DNA of 33,559 nucleotides from a virus (lineage: Duplodnaviria > Caudoviricetes), in IMG/VR virus record IMGVR_UViG_3300010206_000041, positions 1 to 33,559 of that record, one strand, 5' to 3'. Below, in pieces: positions 1 to 8,720 of the stretch. Within the stretch, counting starts at the first letter, position 1. Each line of letters begins with the position of its first letter. The notes below the pieces were generated by a model. That model saw nothing but the letters and a program-made list of their open reading frames with translations, did not search any database and had not been told where the DNA came from. A program made the translations under genes and the position numbers.

Positions 1-402
1 TTGAAGAAACACCTGCTCCTGATCTCGTGGCTCATGCTCCTGACGCTGACCAGCTTCGCCGAGACACCGACGACCTCAAAGACGCAACAAAAGTCAGAAT
101 CCGAGACCGTCTTGCCAAACTTCAAAAAAATCGACTGGGCGGAAGCCCTTCCGATGTTGGCCCCGGAGGAGGCAATAGCCTTAGGGGAGATCGTTGACCA
201 GTCGATCGACCAATCCTTTGCCCTGGGGTACAAGCAGGCCAGCCTGAGGTACGCTCCCGAGCTTGAATACTGGAAAACCGAGGCCCAATCGGGAAAGGAC
301 CGATTCTGGGATGGCTTCCAGTGGGGTTTCGGAAGTGGAGCCATCGTGACCATCGGATTGACCGCCGTGGGAATTACCCTCATTGAGGCGGTCTTCCGAT
401 GA
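1..402 (+). CDS. Exported/membrane protein (N-terminal signal peptide, C-terminal TM helix); possibly lysis accessory
   Basis: MKKHLLLISWLMLLTLTSFA signal-like; hydrophobic C-terminus; lies just upstream of gp25-like gene; ATGA-coupled to next ORF. Confidence 0.6.
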   Translation: MKKHLLLISWLMLLTLTSFAETPTTSKTQQKSESETVLPNFKKIDWAEALPMLAPEEAIALGEIVDQSIDQSFALGYKQASLRYAPELEYWKTEAQSGKDRFWDGFQWGFGSGAIVTIGLTAVGITLIEAVFR

Positions 403-797
403 CCTCAGAAGCGATCCTTGGCCTGGTGATACAGACGGCCGCCCTCTTGGTGACCATTCTCGGGATACTGATTCCCTACCTCAGTGACCAGCGCCGAAAG
501 CAAGCAGAGGCTTTGGCCAACGCCCTCGATGCAATTCGCGATGAACTCGAAGAAGATCGCCGCCGGCACGAGAAGGAAATGGGGGAACTGAAAGCTTCGT
601 TGCTCTGTGAGAGGCAAGATCGAGTGGACAAGACGGCAAGGCTCCACGAACGGATTGATGACATGCAACAGAAGATGATCAGCGAGTTGCAGGATCGAAT
701 CGCCGGTATGGAAGGCGAGTTCAAAGGCATGTCGAACATCCTCAACAAGATTCATGAATGGTTTATTCGGCAGGCAGGAAAGGACGGTGGTAGCTGA
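399..797 (+). CDS. Mu gp25-like membrane-anchored coiled-coil protein
   Basis: N-terminal TM then charged coiled coil; synteny before gp26/gp27-like genes. Confidence 0.6.
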   Translation: MTSEAILGLVIQTAALLVTILGILIPYLSDQRRKQAEALANALDAIRDELEEDRRRHEKEMGELKASLLCERQDRVDKTARLHERIDDMQQKMISELQDRIAGMEGEFKGMSNILNKIHEWFIRQAGKDGGS

Positions 798-1092
798 AAT
801 GATCGAAGACATTTTCAAACCAAACCAGCGGATGCTCATCATCCAGGGGCTCTACCGAGACCCTGACTACCGGGTTTCGTCCGACATGCTTCAACGCTTG
901 CTCCGGCAATTCGGCCACAGTTGTGGCATCGCCGAAGTCAACGATCTGGTTGCAGAACTTGAGTGTGCCGGGTACCTCACGACCGAGCGGCTCGCCGGAA
1001 TGGTCATCGCAAAGCTCACCCGAAGCGGTCTCGATGTTGCCGAGGGCTCTGTCATCGCCCCGGGGATCGATCGACCTCCGTTGGAGCCCTGA
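787..1092 (+). CDS. Mu gp26-like winged-helix protein (start uncertain: 787/799)
   Basis: RMLIIQGL...LTRSGLDVAEG...PGIDRP pattern typical of Mu gp26 family; synteny. Confidence 0.75.
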   Translation: MVAEMIEDIFKPNQRMLIIQGLYRDPDYRVSSDMLQRLLRQFGHSCGIAEVNDLVAELECAGYLTTERLAGMVIAKLTRSGLDVAEGSVIAPGIDRPPLEP

Positions 1093-1093
1093 A

Positions 1094-1651
1094 GTGGGTC
1101 AGCGAAGCAACATAGAGAAGTTGCCCGAGGAACTGCGTCTTCGTCTCATCGGGTTGCTCCAGGACCCAACCTGCACCCAGCAAGCCGTTGTCGACATCAT
1201 CAACGAGGAAGCTGGTAAGCCGGTTGTAAGCCTCAGTTCGGTGAACAGGTATTCTCAGAAAATGGCCCGATGGGCGGAGAAGAACCGCCAGGCGCGCGAG
1301 GTCGCTGAGGCCTACTCGGCAGCAGGTGACACCCGCAATACGATGGGCAAGGTTCTCAACGAGCAGATCCGTATGCTGGCCTTCGACCTAATGACCGACA
1401 TCGAGGATCTGAAGAACAGCCCCGACCCAGACAAGGCTATCAGTTCGGGAGCCATGTCGGCATTGATCCTCAACCTCAGTAAGTCGGTGAAGGAGTTGGA
1501 ACAGGCCGAGAAGCTCAATGCCGAGCGGGCCGCCTCGATCCGACAAGAGGCTCTGGCCGAGGCCGCCAAAGCTATGGAGCAGACCGCCAAGGAGAAAGGC
1601 CTCTCTGCTGACACCATCGACCTGTTTAAGCGCAAGATTCTGGGGCTCTGA
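1094..1651 (+). CDS. Terminase small subunit, Mu gp27/DUF3486-like
   Basis: GTG start MGQRSNIEKLPEE; SLSSVNRY motif; C-terminal GLSADTIDLFKRKILG typical of DUF3486. Confidence 0.85.
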   Translation: MGQRSNIEKLPEELRLRLIGLLQDPTCTQQAVVDIINEEAGKPVVSLSSVNRYSQKMARWAEKNRQAREVAEAYSAAGDTRNTMGKVLNEQIRMLAFDLMTDIEDLKNSPDPDKAISSGAMSALILNLSKSVKELEQAEKLNAERAASIRQEALAEAAKAMEQTAKEKGLSADTIDLFKRKILGL

Positions 1652-1652
1652 A

Positions 1653-1964
1653 GTGGATAGGCACGTCAAGATAATCGCCGACTTCAGGAACCTCAAGTCT
1701 AGGGTCCAGGACAGCCGCAATATCGTCGGTTTTGACACGAAGAATGGGAAACGACTGATCCTTCGGTTCCCCGATGAGGGGAGATGCCTGCCAGTCGATA
1801 GGCACCTTCGGCTAGTGAAGCTCGAGGGTGAGCCCTTCGAGAAGACGCCATTTGATCTTCTCTTGGGGTACTTCATCGGAGGAGATGTTGCGATCGATCG
1901 TATCGTCATCTTTCCGGACAAGACCAAGGCCCTAAGATGGCTGTTTTCGGAGAAGTCCGAATGA
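1653..1964 (+). CDS. Hypothetical protein (103 aa) between terminase subunits
   Basis: GTG 1 nt after upstream stop; its stop overlaps terL ATG (ATGA). Confidence 0.65.
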   Translation: MDRHVKIIADFRNLKSRVQDSRNIVGFDTKNGKRLILRFPDEGRCLPVDRHLRLVKLEGEPFEKTPFDLLLGYFIGGDVAIDRIVIFPDKTKALRWLFSEKSE

Positions 1965-3433
1965 TCGCCGAAGATGTTCTCCTCCCCTACCAAAAGAGCT
2001 GGATGGCCGACCTGGCCGAAGTCAAGGTCTGGTCCAAGAGCCGACGTATCGGTGCCAGCTACGTCGAGGCTTGCGACTCGGCCATTTGGGCTTCGTTGAG
2101 TAAGGAAGACGTGGGTCAGGACACCTACTACCTCTCTTACTCAAAGGAGATGACCCAGCAGTTCGCCAAGGACGTGGCTTTCTGGGCCAAGCAGCTGAAT
2201 GCTGTGGCCAGCGAGGTGGAAGAGGTAGCCATCCAGGACGAGGACAAGGACATCACGGTATATCGAGTCAGATTTGCCTCGGGCAACCAGGTCTGGTGTC
2301 TTCCTTCGGTGGCCCGGTCTCTTCGGTCGAAGCAGGGCCGGGTCGTCATAGACGAGGCCGCATTCGTCGAGGACCTTGCCGAGCTCCTCAAAGCCGCGAT
2401 GGCCCTTTTGATGTGGGGAGGTTGCGTTCGAATCCTATCCACCCACAACGGAGACGACAATCCATTCAACGAGCTGATCAAGGAGATTCGGGAAGGGAAG
2501 AAATCCTACTCGCTTCACGAGACCACCATTGACGACGCCTTGGCGGACGGGTTGTACAAGAGAATCCGCCTTGTCAGCGGAAAGCCCTGGGACCAGTTGT
2601 CCGAGGACCAATGGAGGGACAAGCTGTTCGCCGATTACGGTGACGCCGCCGACGAAGAGCTGCTGTGCATCCCGGTGCGGGCTGGTACGAGGTATTTCCC
2701 CCGGGTGTTGCTCGACGCCTGCGCGGATCCCAACGTTGCGGTGGTCCGTAAGGCCTGCGACGACGCCTTCACGTTTGCAAAGAAGGACCGCCGGGAGGAA
2801 GAGTTTGCTCGGTGGTTCAGGGATGAGCTGAAGGAAATCCTCCGAGGCCTGATCCATCCGGCCTACCTCGGCGAGGACTTTGCTCGCTCAGGGGACCTCA
2901 CCTGCATCGAGATTGACGAACAGATGCCGGATGGTTTGCTGGCCGCCCGGGTCGTAGTCGAACTACGAAATGTGCCGTTTGACCAGCAGTGGCAGACCAT
3001 CGAGTTGATCATGGAGACCCTGCCAAACTTCAGTGGTGGGGCCTTTGATGCTCGGGGCAATGGACAGATGATCGCCGAGAAGGCCGCTCAGGAGTGGCCA
3101 GGGTTTGTTCACCAAGTCATGCTGAGCACCCGATGGTACGCCGAGAACTGGCCTCGGTTGAAGGGCCGGATGGAGGATGGAAAGACCACCATCGCCGCAG
3201 ACCCATTTGTGGTCGACGACTTCCGGGTCATCGGCTTGAAGGCTGGTGTCCCAGTTGTATTGGAACGCTCGGGAGGACCCCGAGAACGCCGGCACGGCGA
3301 TGGCGCCATCGCCAAGCTGATGACCGTATTTGCGGCCCTTGAGGACCAAGACGGCGGCTACCAACCCTACAAGTATGAACCGGTGGAGGCGCTCAACGCC
3401 TACCGGGCACAGGAGGACGACCCATGGGATTGA
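1961..3433 (+). CDS. terL: Terminase large subunit (Mu gp28-like)
   Basis: LLPYQ, KSRRIG Walker A, VVIDEAAF Walker B, STHNG, GEDFARSGDLT nuclease, HGDGAIA. Confidence 0.93.
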   Translation: MIAEDVLLPYQKSWMADLAEVKVWSKSRRIGASYVEACDSAIWASLSKEDVGQDTYYLSYSKEMTQQFAKDVAFWAKQLNAVASEVEEVAIQDEDKDITVYRVRFASGNQVWCLPSVARSLRSKQGRVVIDEAAFVEDLAELLKAAMALLMWGGCVRILSTHNGDDNPFNELIKEIREGKKSYSLHETTIDDALADGLYKRIRLVSGKPWDQLSEDQWRDKLFADYGDAADEELLCIPVRAGTRYFPRVLLDACADPNVAVVRKACDDAFTFAKKDRREEEFARWFRDELKEILRGLIHPAYLGEDFARSGDLTCIEIDEQMPDGLLAARVVVELRNVPFDQQWQTIELIMETLPNFSGGAFDARGNGQMIAEKAAQEWPGFVHQVMLSTRWYAENWPRLKGRMEDGKTTIAADPFVVDDFRVIGLKAGVPVVLERSGGPRERRHGDGAIAKLMTVFAALEDQDGGYQPYKYEPVEALNAYRAQEDDPWD

Positions 3434-4977
3434 TCGAAAACATGAAGGCCTATTTCAAGGGGTTGTCTCAGAAAGACCTGGAAGAGAACAACCAGGCCTC
3501 CCCCGTTCCCAACTCGAATCGAGGCCCCTGGTCCGACCACAATGTCATTGCGGGAATGACTCCGGCCAGGCTCGGTTCGATCATGGCCGAGGTTCGTCAG
3601 GGGCAGATCCCCGCCGAGTACCTGGAGTTGTGCCAAGAAATCGAGCGACGGGACGCCCACTACCGGTCGGTTCTTTCTACACGCAAGCACTCGGTGGAAG
3701 GTCTTCCGATCCAGGTCGAAGCGGCCGGTGACGATGAAACGTCGTTGCAGATTGCCGAGGCAGTTCGACTAGATATTGCCAAGCACGACGGAATACGGAA
3801 TCTGATGAAGGATTGCCTCGATGCGCTCGGGAAGGGTTTCTCTGTGACGGCCGTGCATTGGGATACGACCGACCCGAAGCGCCACCGGTTCGGGGAATTC
3901 GTACACAAGGACCCCCGTTGGTTCGCCTACTCCAAAGAAGATGCCCGGACTCTATGTCTACTCGAAGAGCACGGGATCGGGATGGCACCGATCGACCGGC
4001 GGCTCTACGTGATCCACGAACCCCGGTTGCTGTCTGGGCCTCAGATTCTCGCGGGCTTGAGCTACACTGCCCTTTACCTTTGGCTGGTCAAACACTTCGA
4101 CGTGTCGTCGTGGGCCGCCTTTGTTGATCGGTTTGGCTACCCCGTCCGCTTAGGGAAATACGGGAAAAAGGCAACGAAGGAAGACATCGCCACGTTGAAG
4201 CGGGCTGTGGCCGCCATCGGTAGCGACGTGGGGGCCGTCATCCCCGACAGCATGATCCTTGAGATCATCGAGTCCAAGACCACCGGAACCAATGCTGATG
4301 TGTACGAGAAACTGGCCGTTTGGGCCGACAAGCAGCTGTCGAAGTTGGTGCTTGGCCAGACGGCAAGCTCTGAAGGCACGGCTGGCAAGTTGGGGAACGA
4401 CCAGACCCAAGAAGCGGTTCGGCAGGACATCATTGACGCCGATGCGGCCCAGCTGGAGGAGACCCTCAACCGGGATCTGGTAAGGCCTTATGTAGCCTGG
4501 AACTTCGGCCCCGATGTGGTTCCGCCCCGGTTGGTTCTTCGGCGAGTCGAAAGCCAGGACGTGACCATGGTCACCGATGCGCTGGCAAAGTTGATACCCG
4601 TGGGGCTGAAGGTGAAGGCCGAGGAGGTTCGAAATCTTCTTGGTTTGACCGCTCCCGAAGACAATGACGAGGTACTGACTCCACCGAACTTGATGCCGGC
4701 CGCGGCCCCTCCTGCCGCCAATGCTGAACGAACCAAGGTCGCCCTGAATTCCCAGCAGGACCTACCTGATGGTGAGGGTGACTTTGTCCCTGTCAGCGAT
4801 GAAATCGCTCAGGTGCTTGAGGAGGCGGCCTCTGCAAGTTCCGGCTACGAGGAGTTCAGGACAAAACTCGAAACGCTGGTGGTTGATTGGCCCGCTGACA
4901 AAATCGCAGAACTGGTGGCCGTGGCAACCTTCGGCGCACGAGCCCAAGGCGCTACCGACTTTGATACCGAGGACTGA
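3424..4977 (+). CDS. Portal protein (Mu gp29/DUF935)
   Basis: RDAHYRSVLSTRK, DALGKGFSV, FGYPVRLGKY, SKLVLGQT motifs. Confidence 0.93.
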   Translation: MGLIENMKAYFKGLSQKDLEENNQASPVPNSNRGPWSDHNVIAGMTPARLGSIMAEVRQGQIPAEYLELCQEIERRDAHYRSVLSTRKHSVEGLPIQVEAAGDDETSLQIAEAVRLDIAKHDGIRNLMKDCLDALGKGFSVTAVHWDTTDPKRHRFGEFVHKDPRWFAYSKEDARTLCLLEEHGIGMAPIDRRLYVIHEPRLLSGPQILAGLSYTALYLWLVKHFDVSSWAAFVDRFGYPVRLGKYGKKATKEDIATLKRAVAAIGSDVGAVIPDSMILEIIESKTTGTNADVYEKLAVWADKQLSKLVLGQTASSEGTAGKLGNDQTQEAVRQDIIDADAAQLEETLNRDLVRPYVAWNFGPDVVPPRLVLRRVESQDVTMVTDALAKLIPVGLKVKAEEVRNLLGLTAPEDNDEVLTPPNLMPAAAPPAANAERTKVALNSQQDLPDGEGDFVPVSDEIAQVLEEAASASSGYEEFRTKLETLVVDWPADKIAELVAVATFGARAQGATDFDTED

Positions 4978-4980
4978 GTC

Positions 4981-6279
4981 ATGGCCAAGATGATCCCCGA
5001 TGCGGCCCTCAAATACCTCAAAGACAAGAACCTCAAACCGGCCTTCAGCTATTTGGACGTTTGGAACGAAGAGCACGCCACAGGGTTCACGGTTGCCAAG
5101 GCCATGCAGGTCGATGTGCTGACCGACATCAAGGCCGCAGTGGAACAGGCAGTCGAAAAAGGCCAGAGCTGGGAGAGCTTCAGGAAGAATCTGAGGCCAA
5201 CGCTTCAATCCAAGGGTTGGTGGGGACGAAAAGACATGGTCGACCCGGTCACCGGTGAAACCGTCTCAGCTCAGCTGGGGAGTGATCGGCGACTGAAGAC
5301 GATCTATGACGTGAACACCGGCCAGGCCTATCGGAAAGGAACCTGGGACCGGGGTCAGGCCAGCACGGCCCACCCCTACATTCTCTACTCCCTGGGGCCA
5401 TCGGCCCACCATCGGGAGGCCCATCAGGCTTGGGCCGGGCTGGTTCTACCGAAAGAGGATCCTTTTTGGAACACCCACGCTCCCATGAACGGATGGGGCT
5501 GTAAGTGCTATTTGAGGTTCCTCAGCAAGGCGACCTTTGAGAGGTACCAAGCCGAAGGTTACCCGATCCCCAAGAACCTTGATGGAAGTGGAGGCGGTGC
5601 CGCCCCGATCAAGACTGAACGGCCCCCCATGCGGTACCAAACCGTGGTCGATAAGCGGACAGGGCGGGTCGAACGGCTCCCCGAAGGGATCTCGCCCGGG
5701 TTTGGTTGGAACCCCGGTCAGGTTGGTCGGGATGTTCCTACGTTTTCGGAGTTCCTCAAGAAAACCCGGGCGAACTACCCTCAACAGTTCCAGGCCGTTG
5801 CCGAAACGGTGCTGAAGAACACCATCAAGCGAGATCAGTTCAGGGGGTTCATCGACGGAGCCCTTGCTGGAAAACTCACAGGAGACAACCTCACGGCCGC
5901 CGGATTCCTTGACGACCAGGTTGTCGGGTGGCTCATGAAGAACAGGGCCAAGGACGTGGGCGCGGGAACCGTGATCACGCTGGAGAGCCGCCTGGTGAAG
6001 GGGCCCAAGGCCGACAGACACACCCAGGCCGGCGATGCGCTGAGCGTCGAAGAATGGAAGGGGCTGATCGAAGTGCTTCTGGGGGCTCAGGTGTTTTTCG
6101 AAGAGGCCACCGGGAACCTGATCTACCTTGGGTTGAACGGGGAGAAGGTAGTCGTGAAGCTGGAAGGCGAAGCGATATCCCGACGGGGAGCGACTCTCAA
6201 TCAGCCGCTCATTGTGTCGGTCTACAAGGCGACGCCTGAAGAGGTCGAGCGGATTCTCAAGCTACTGAAAGTAAAATAG
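4981..6279 (+). CDS. MuF (gp30) head morphogenesis protein with C-terminal extension, probable nuclease-like domain
   Basis: FTVAK, LQSKGWWG, RRLKTIYDVN, FWNTHAPMNGWGCKC, PGFGWNPG; ~170 extra C-terminal residues. Confidence 0.88.
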   Translation: MAKMIPDAALKYLKDKNLKPAFSYLDVWNEEHATGFTVAKAMQVDVLTDIKAAVEQAVEKGQSWESFRKNLRPTLQSKGWWGRKDMVDPVTGETVSAQLGSDRRLKTIYDVNTGQAYRKGTWDRGQASTAHPYILYSLGPSAHHREAHQAWAGLVLPKEDPFWNTHAPMNGWGCKCYLRFLSKATFERYQAEGYPIPKNLDGSGGGAAPIKTERPPMRYQTVVDKRTGRVERLPEGISPGFGWNPGQVGRDVPTFSEFLKKTRANYPQQFQAVAETVLKNTIKRDQFRGFIDGALAGKLTGDNLTAAGFLDDQVVGWLMKNRAKDVGAGTVITLESRLVKGPKADRHTQAGDALSVEEWKGLIEVLLGAQVFFEEATGNLIYLGLNGEKVVVKLEGEAISRRGATLNQPLIVSVYKATPEEVERILKLLKVK

Positions 6280-6352
6280 CTTGGCCCTCCGGCGGCCAGA
6301 CACGCATCCCTTACGGGATGCGCCGTCAATCTCTCAAGCCGGTGACCAAGCT
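6278..6352 (-). ncRNA. Putative ~75-nt structured small RNA convergent on MuF gene
   Basis: Nested stems AGCUUGGUC/GGCCAAGCU, CCGGC/GCCGG, CGCAUCCC-GUAA-GGGAUGCG; GNRA loop and G-U pair only on minus strand; promoter directly upstream; U-rich tail. Confidence 0.6.
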
Positions 6353-6358
6353 TCTTTC

Positions 6359-6387
6359 AATCTATGCCCGCATCAGAGAAAGATCAA
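6359..6387 (-). promoter_or_regulatory. sigma70-type promoter for the small RNA
   Basis: TTGATC (6387-6382), 17-bp spacer, TAGATT (6364-6359); predicted TSS ~6352 coincides with the stem base. Confidence 0.6.
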
Positions 6388-6392
6388 GGGAA

Positions 6393-6441
6393 TAACAGCC
6401 CTTGGGCATTCTGGCATTTCTACTGCTGGTAACGTCAGTGC
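6393..6441 (+). promoter_or_regulatory. Activator-dependent leaderless promoter 1
   Basis: TAACAGCCCTT 49 nt before ATG 6442; TGgTAACGT extended -10 ending 6 nt before ATG; no SD. Confidence 0.7.
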
Positions 6442-6768
6442 ATGACCATCTATATCAGCGGCCCGATCACTGGCTTGCCCCACGGCAACCGGGAGGCCTT
6501 CGCCATGGCCGAATTGCGCCTCATCGAGGCCGGCCATGATCCCATCAACCCGCACCATCTCGTCAGCGACGCCTACCCTGTTGCACGGGAGTGGATTGAC
6601 TACATGCGTCTCGACATTTCGGCCATGATGGACGCCGATGCCCTGCTGATGTTGCCCGGGTTCGCCGGTTCCCGAGGGGCCTCGATTGAGTTTCAGCTGG
6701 CTGTAGACCTGGGGATTCCCGTATACCACGAACTGAGTGCTATCCCGGCCGCCATAGGGCCTCGCTGA
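6442..6768 (+). CDS. DUF4406-like (nucleoside deoxyribosyltransferase-fold) protein
   Basis: IYISGPITG...NREAF...INP...W.DYMR.D...DALLMLPG...SRGASIE. Confidence 0.85.
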   Translation: MTIYISGPITGLPHGNREAFAMAELRLIEAGHDPINPHHLVSDAYPVAREWIDYMRLDISAMMDADALLMLPGFAGSRGASIEFQLAVDLGIPVYHELSAIPAAIGPR

Positions 6769-7157
6769 TGCATCAGGAGGCAACGCTCAAGCTGACGACG
6801 GGAAGCTTTGGCCATGCCATCAAGCCCCGCTTCCTCGAGATCCTTGAAAGAGAAATGAAGCTGATCGGAGCAGAGGAACTGACGCTGACCCTTGAGTTCT
6901 TTGAGACCGGTATGGAGTTCAAGGCCGGTGAGGTCGTGCCGGAGATTCTGGTGCGACTCAAGACCCTTGGATTTCCGCGATGTTCCTCGGACGTGGACCT
7001 TTCAAAGGTCGCAACCGACAAGCTGGTGATGGAACTCGTCCAACGTCATGGAGTTGAGGAACACTGGGTCAAATCCTCCGAGCCCTATGCCGTGGTCGTC
7101 GGAGGAGGCCGGGAGCAGAATCTGGGCCCCGCCCGAATCTTGGTTCTGGCTGAGTAG
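6768..7157 (+). CDS. Hypothetical phage protein; C-terminus resembles BC1881-like small phage proteins
   Basis: TGATG coupling; LSKVATDKLVMELVQRHGVE...GPARILV. Confidence 0.6.
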   Translation: MHQEATLKLTTGSFGHAIKPRFLEILEREMKLIGAEELTLTLEFFETGMEFKAGEVVPEILVRLKTLGFPRCSSDVDLSKVATDKLVMELVQRHGVEEHWVKSSEPYAVVVGGGREQNLGPARILVLAE

Positions 7158-7161
7158 CTCT

Positions 7162-7314
7162 ATGAAAGCTTCGATCATCGTTCCACTGGTTTTGGCGTTG
7201 GCCTCAATGGTCTGGGGTTACTTCGACGAGCGGGCTGGCTACGGAGCCGGGGACCAGGTAATCATGGCGATCCTCTTCGGCATCGTAGCCATTGTCCAGT
7301 CATCGGCGACTTGA
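7162..7314 (+). CDS. Small 2-TM membrane protein (50 aa)
   Basis: MKASIIVPLVLALASMVWG...QVIMAILFGIVAIVQ; ATG 4 nt after upstream stop. Confidence 0.55.
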   Translation: MKASIIVPLVLALASMVWGYFDERAGYGAGDQVIMAILFGIVAIVQSSAT

Positions 7315-7333
7315 GCGTTATGAACCCAGTAGT

Positions 7334-8671
7334 TCACTTCCACGCCACCAAGTGCCATGATCGACTAACTTTCTTTCTTTCCACCTTGACGGTTTGCCGT
7401 AGCTTGGATTGAACCTCAGCCTCCCTGGAAGGGTCATAGGTGATAGTCAGTTTGCGTCTGTCAGCGGTACGGATCTGAAATCTTGGAGGTTCTCCAGGCC
7501 ACACTGCCAGTTGCCCAAGAATGCCCTCGACAACGAGATCGTCAGTCTCTCTTAGCGAATCCTTCAGGGCCTTGTGAGCCCTATCAAAGTTCTTGCTGGC
7601 ATCCGCCTCAAAGGTTGTAATCGGTTTGGGTTGAGTTGGAATATAGACTTCAAACGTCGGCTCCCCAAAGGAAGGAAACATCTTCCCGATCGACGTCATT
7701 AGCTCCCGAGCAGCTTCTGGGGCGAGCTTTGCTTTTTCACAAAATTCGTCGACTCTTTGGTCTGGATCGCCCATCGTCTGGAGGATAGGGGTAGCTTCCA
7801 CGACCGCGCGGAGGTGGGCTTTCGTGTCGTTCACAATCTTGATGACTGCTTCATCATCGCGTCTAGACACAATATCGAGAAGCAAGACGGCGCTGGTGGG
7901 TGCCGTTCCTGCAACCCTTACGTCAAAGTCAATGAGGGAGGCAGGATGAACCTTCTCGAGGAACTTCTGAACAAAGCTGTAGAACCTCTCAATCCAGGCA
8001 GCCGAGAACAAACCATCGCTTGCGTCGGGTAACCTCAGGGCGTAATCATGGGCGCCTCGCCGGAGATCGGAAAACCCGGACTCCCGATCAAACTCGTTCT
8101 GCATATTCTCGATGACTTGGATAGATCGGCTGTAGGCCTTGGCGAAGTCGAAATCAGGGTGGCGACGCTTGAAGGAGTCCTGCAATCGCTTCATTTTCTC
8201 ACGAGCGTGTTGGATGTGCCGGAACTCGACCTTGCCCATATCAGCCCAGGTTTCTGTGGTCATCTTTTTTGCCCCCGTGTCGACGACAAGGTAAGAACGG
8301 TGTCTGTCCCAGTAGGCCCAATCCGCAGCTTGTTTTTGGAACCATTCTTGGTCTCCTTGTGAAGGCGGGTCGTCGGCCGGACTTGGCGAAAGTCCGATAA
8401 CCTTCTTCTCGGAATTTGGCCAAGGGAAGTCTAGCACCGATTGCTCAAAAATCGGAATAGAGTCGTCCTCCTTGAAGAATGCAACATAGGCAACGACGGC
8501 TAATCGATTAAGACGGTTAAAAAACACGAGCACTGAGGACGCTTTCTGCTGATTCAACCATTCGGAAACGATGCGCTCGACCATTTTCAGATCGTCGGAT
8601 GTCCATTGGTCCGTCGTGGCTATTGTTCGTAGTTCCTTGCGGTCGATTCTCTGAACTTGCATCCTTGTCAA
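7334..8671 (-). CDS. Hypothetical 445-aa protein (moron) with possible C-terminal OB-like beta domain
   Basis: Long ORF with AAGGAG upstream; last gene of repressor-linked minus-strand cassette. Confidence 0.75.
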   Translation of the reverse strand: MTRMQVQRIDRKELRTIATTDQWTSDDLKMVERIVSEWLNQQKASSVLVFFNRLNRLAVVAYVAFFKEDDSIPIFEQSVLDFPWPNSEKKVIGLSPSPADDPPSQGDQEWFQKQAADWAYWDRHRSYLVVDTGAKKMTTETWADMGKVEFRHIQHAREKMKRLQDSFKRRHPDFDFAKAYSRSIQVIENMQNEFDRESGFSDLRRGAHDYALRLPDASDGLFSAAWIERFYSFVQKFLEKVHPASLIDFDVRVAGTAPTSAVLLLDIVSRRDDEAVIKIVNDTKAHLRAVVEATPILQTMGDPDQRVDEFCEKAKLAPEAARELMTSIGKMFPSFGEPTFEVYIPTQPKPITTFEADASKNFDRAHKALKDSLRETDDLVVEGILGQLAVWPGEPPRFQIRTADRRKLTITYDPSREAEVQSKLRQTVKVERKKVSRSWHLVAWK

Positions 8672-8720
8672 ATCTCCTTGGCCAACTAGGTCCTAATTCC
8701 GGCCGTCTTTCTTCATCGTG

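Noticed and set aside
923-1093. Upstream extensions of ORF-track calls (also 1518, 12262, 12594, 15272, 20894, 23464)
   Set aside because: They overlap upstream genes; downstream starts with SD or stop-start coupling fit family N-termini better
6278-6352. tRNA gene
   Set aside because: tRNA-sized but lacks a cloverleaf, T-loop GTTCRA and D-loop consensus
8680-8705. Imperfect inverted repeat between moron genes
   Set aside because: Weak stem, no U-tract; cannot be called a terminator
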